From the IMG/VR virus record IMGVR_UViG_3300010222_000003, positions 1-63,920 of that record: a stretch of 63,920 bases of DNA. One strand, given 5' to 3'. The first letter of the stretch is position 1. Every line of letters begins with the position of its first letter. This stretch comes from a virus. Shown one piece after another: positions 61,228-63,920 of this stretch. The translations under genes were made by a program, and so were the position numbers. Under the pieces are notes generated by a model. That model was not told the DNA's origin and ran no database searches. It worked only from the letters and a program-made list of their open reading frames with translations.

Positions 61228-61779
61228 ATGGCCCTGAGCAACGAAAACCAGCGTAAGACGTACGCCCCGATGATTACCGAACCTGTCGGCAGGGGCGTCG
61301 CTATGGCGGACGAAGAAAGCCCCCCTGGCGAAGGCAACTGGATCGACTTGGTGCGCCGGCTTCAAATTTTTCAGGGCGGCATGTCTCCGCTATCCTGGAA
61401 ATGGTACGCCGAAGACGTACCGCCGCGTACCGGGTCTATCGACATTAACACCGTACACCGTCATAGCAACCGCATGGCTACCGAGGACATTGTAACAGTC
61501 GATAGTCTCGGAAGTCATGCCCGCACGCCTGATTACGAGTTAACGCGGGTTGGGAAGGGCTATGCAACGGCGCTGCTGTACCGCTATAGCAAAACGTTGA
61601 AAACTAACCCGTACGCCGGCCTGCTGTCGGACTCGGAAGTAAACAAGTTATACGCGGAACACATGGGGATCGACCTGCCGCGACTGTCCGAGCGCCTTAC
61701 CGATCCAACCGTGAAAAAGCACTACCCACTGCGGAAACTGCGGCTTCCCGACGCCGCGTTTGATCAGTACGGAATCTAA
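61228..61779 (+). CDS. Hypothetical protein (start 61228 or 61204)
   Basis: The longer ORF from 61006 overlaps the previous gene. MALSNENQ follows a CTTTTTATGA box by about 26 nt. Confidence 0.55.
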   Translation: MALSNENQRKTYAPMITEPVGRGVAMADEESPPGEGNWIDLVRRLQIFQGGMSPLSWKWYAEDVPPRTGSIDINTVHRHSNRMATEDIVTVDSLGSHARTPDYELTRVGKGYATALLYRYSKTLKTNPYAGLLSDSEVNKLYAEHMGIDLPRLSERLTDPTVKKHYPLRKLRLPDAAFDQYGI

Positions 61780-61796
61780 GCGCACAGTCGGAGACT

Positions 61797-61822
61797 GTGC
61801 GCTGAATAAACATTCAGCGCAC
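61797..61822. repeat. T2 palindrome copy 7 (GTGCGCTGAAT-AAAC-ATTCAGCGCAC, perfect)
   Basis: Shares its GTGCGC 5' arm with a second hairpin, GCGCACAGTC-GGA-GACTGTGCGC (61780-61802). Confidence 0.9.
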
Positions 61823-61865
61823 ATGCCAAACGCCTAAGTGCGGCGGGTTCATCAATAAAGCTGTA

Positions 61866-62348
61866 ATGTCCGACGACCCCGACAAACCCGACGACCCCGC
61901 CACGTTCTACGAAGGGACAGCGCAGCGCTTTTGCGAAGACGTGCTAAACGCTGATTACACAATCGGCGAAATCGACGCACAGGAAAGCGTCGTTCGCGAA
62001 GAAATCCAAGAGCTACACGAAGCAATCGGACAGTTGACCTTTGCCGCAAAGAAGGACTTGTCCGGAGATCCACAATCAGACACGCACCTGCTATCCGAAG
62101 CGCTACACGAGAAAGCGCAAACCATGTCCCTGGATGAAATCGAACGCCAAAGCGATAGTGAAGGCGAAATCACGGCTAAACGCCCGGCGGTTGCGGAAGA
62201 AGCCGCCGACGCGCTGATTACGGTTCACGTCTTGTGCGAACTGATCGGCATAGACGTGGCTCAGGCGTACCAGGACAAGATGCAATACAACCTAACGAAA
62301 TCCGGCCGCACTGACGAGAACGGAAAGGTCATAGACGATGGGGGCTAA
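61866..62348 (+). CDS. MazG-like nucleoside triphosphate pyrophosphohydrolase
   Basis: 160 aa. EEIQELHEAIGQ and EEAADALITVHVL...YQDKMQYNLTK acidic-helix motifs. Confidence 0.7.
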   Translation: MSDDPDKPDDPATFYEGTAQRFCEDVLNADYTIGEIDAQESVVREEIQELHEAIGQLTFAAKKDLSGDPQSDTHLLSEALHEKAQTMSLDEIERQSDSEGEITAKRPAVAEEAADALITVHVLCELIGIDVAQAYQDKMQYNLTKSGRTDENGKVIDDGG

Positions 62349-62369
62349 GCCCGCAGCGAAGCTGCGGGC
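62349..62369 (+). terminator. Hairpin GCCCGCAGC-GAA-GCTGCGGGC abutting the MazG stop
   Basis: 9-bp perfect stem. Confidence 0.55.
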
Positions 62370-62476
62370 AATAAGGTGTTCACATACGTACCCACCACGT
62401 TCATTTGGTTCAACCTTGTAGGCGAAAGCGTAGCGTAAGACGCTACAGGATAGCAAACCCGGTGCTAACAGAACCC

Positions 62477-62953
62477 ATGCGCATAAGTACCAAAGACGTG
62501 TACGCCTTAACCAGGAACCAGAAGTTCAACGGGCGTACATTTCGCGAAGGCGAAGAGATACCCGTTACCCACAAACAAATAGCTGAGCGGCTACAGGAAC
62601 ACGGGTTCATCGGAGACGTGACCCGTGTCGAGAACCGCGGGCGCGGCAACGACTATTACGCGCCACTGACTCGACTCGGGGCGGAGCTAATCAACCAGTG
62701 GGAACCCGAACACTTCCGGTTTATCGGCCGGCGCGCTGGCAATTACGTTGCATACGTCCGGAAGAACATCGACCATGAACACACGTTTGCGAACGTTGAA
62801 GCGCTACAGTTCGCGGAAGACGGCAGCGGCCTGATCGTTCGCGGAGCGTGTGAAATCTGCGGCGAAGACGCCGAACGCCGCATTACGGACCCGGAGGAAG
62901 CGGCCGATGTTCTGGCGTCGGAGCCTGCGGGATCAGAAGCAATCACCGCGTAG
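62477..62953 (+). CDS. Hypothetical protein
   Basis: Start taken at MRISTKDVYAL. The longer ORF N-terminus is Arg-rich and unlikely to be real. Confidence 0.55.
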   Translation: MRISTKDVYALTRNQKFNGRTFREGEEIPVTHKQIAERLQEHGFIGDVTRVENRGRGNDYYAPLTRLGAELINQWEPEHFRFIGRRAGNYVAYVRKNIDHEHTFANVEALQFAEDGSGLIVRGACEICGEDAERRITDPEEAADVLASEPAGSEAITA

Positions 62954-62986
62954 CGCCTAAAGACTTATACCCGCGCCGCGGTTTTT

Positions 62987-63316
62987 ATGAAGTGTAGTAT
63001 GAGCGAAGCATTGAACGACCCGTTGCAAAATTTGCCAGGCGAAAGCGGCGTGTACGAATGCGTCAAAGCCGAATACGAAATCACACTATCGACCGACTGT
63101 AGTAGCCGGCTTCATATACACACCCCCGACGGGCAACTGACGGTGCCGGTCGAAGAGCTACAGTTAGAAGAACTGGATCGGACTGTCACTGTTAGTCATA
63201 GTGATGCTACCATGTTCCAAGTTATCGAATCCGACGGGCGGATGTTCGTGCAAATCCATCGGAACGGAGACACGGGCAAAAGCGGCGGGGCAGAAGCGAC
63301 GCTGGTTAGCCGTTAG
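62987..63316 (+). CDS. Hypothetical protein
   Basis: 109 aa. Its end overlaps a convergent gene by 11 nt. Confidence 0.55.
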   Translation: MKCSMSEALNDPLQNLPGESGVYECVKAEYEITLSTDCSSRLHIHTPDGQLTVPVEELQLEELDRTVTVSHSDATMFQVIESDGRMFVQIHRNGDTGKSGGAEATLVSR

Positions 63317-63584
63317 TGTCCGCTGGTTCGGCACTGGCTGTAGCTTCCTGAATCCGCGTGTGCCATTCCTGCGGGCCTTGCGGCGCGTTTTGGGCTACCA
63401 GGACAACGTATAGGTCGTCGGTTTCTTCGTGGTTGATTTCGTCGGCATACGACATAGCGGCCGCTCCGAAGTACTCGTCTGAATCGTAGATGCTGAGCGC
63501 TTCTTGTTTCGCCTGTTTTTCGGTGTCGGCTTCTACGAACACGAACGGGTTTGCGATCATTTCGACGCTGGCTACTTCGGCCAT
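63306..63584 (-). CDS. Hypothetical acidic protein
   Basis: Start moved to MAEVASVEM, preceded by GGAGGAAGATT (Shine-Dalgarno-like). Confidence 0.55.
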   Translation of the reverse strand: MAEVASVEMIANPFVFVEADTEKQAKQEALSIYDSDEYFGAAAMSYADEINHEETDDLYVVLVAQNAPQGPQEWHTRIQEATASAEPADTNG

Positions 63585-63615
63585 AATCTTCCTCCGTTCG
63601 CGGTTTGGAAAAAAG

Positions 63616-63798
63616 TTACGGGTCGCTGCGAAGCTGCTTCCGAAGGCGTTGTATCTTACGGCGCACTTCTGCCGTTTGTTCCCCCGCTTTCGTTGCATCT
63701 GTCCCTGAATTTACGCCCGAATTTAACGCATCGGCGGCGTCGATGTACTGTAGCCTCGGAAACGCCGGCCTGTCGTAATCGGTTATCCTCGTATTCAT
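63616..63798 (-). CDS. Hypothetical 60-aa protein
   Basis: Start moved to MNTRITDYD, because the longer ORF N-terminus translates element A. Upstream TTTTTATCCGCGCGCTTC matches the segment upstream of 60606. Confidence 0.5.
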   Translation of the reverse strand: MNTRITDYDRPAFPRLQYIDAADALNSGVNSGTDATKAGEQTAEVRRKIQRLRKQLRSDP

Positions 63799-63862
63799 AG
63801 TGTTAGTCTTCGCTCCAGTTGCCTCAAAGAAGCGCGCGGATAAAAAGACAGCGCTCAGGTGC

Positions 63863-63920
63863 GGGTCATTAGAAACCAGCAAAAGTTTCTGGTTCATAGA
63901 CTCGGATTCTGGGAACCAGA
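63863..63920. repeat. 58-nt terminal overlap identical to positions 1-58 (circular closure)
   Basis: Compared base by base and found identical. Confidence 0.95.

Overview
The window is a complete, circularly closed genome: the first 58 nt equal the last 58 nt, leaving about 63,862 unique bp. It belongs to a tailed dsDNA archaeal virus, most probably of a halophilic archaeon. Support for that: very acidic proteins, a TFB homologue, a family-B DNA polymerase, and TATA-like boxes about 25-30 nt upstream of many start codons. Nearly all genes are on the minus strand and fall into modules. Packaging (317-8301): HNH nuclease, small and large terminase, portal, MuF/gp7-like head protein. Replication and regulation (8606-26084): trypsin-like protease, SF2 helicase, two HTH proteins, ERCC4 nuclease, TFB, PolB, Cas4-like nuclease, primase-helicase. 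Nucleotide and membrane genes (26184-28213). Tail and baseplate (28239-46575): tape measure, G/GT chaperones with a classic GGGAAAC -1 frameshift site, and two low-GC free-standing homing endonucleases (HNH and LAGLIDADG). Head and connector (46958-56369): protease, scaffold, decoration protein, HK97-fold capsid protein. Small early-type operons (56702-63798): YdjM-like hydrolase, SprT-like protease, MazG. I found no tRNA, rRNA, CRISPR array or integrase. The most unusual signal is non-coding. A five-member family of ~180-nt elements lies in intergenic gaps, each upstream of and co-oriented with a gene. Each full copy combines an invariant AT-rich box, invariant inverted arms and helices that keep pairing through compensatory substitutions, which suggests a structured RNA or leader of unknown function. 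There are also two sequence-conserved hairpin families (seven copies each) and a near-identical promoter plus hairpin-leader cassette reused at three or four operon starts. All alignments were done by eye and all protein calls rest on motifs I could read directly, so no database search supports them.
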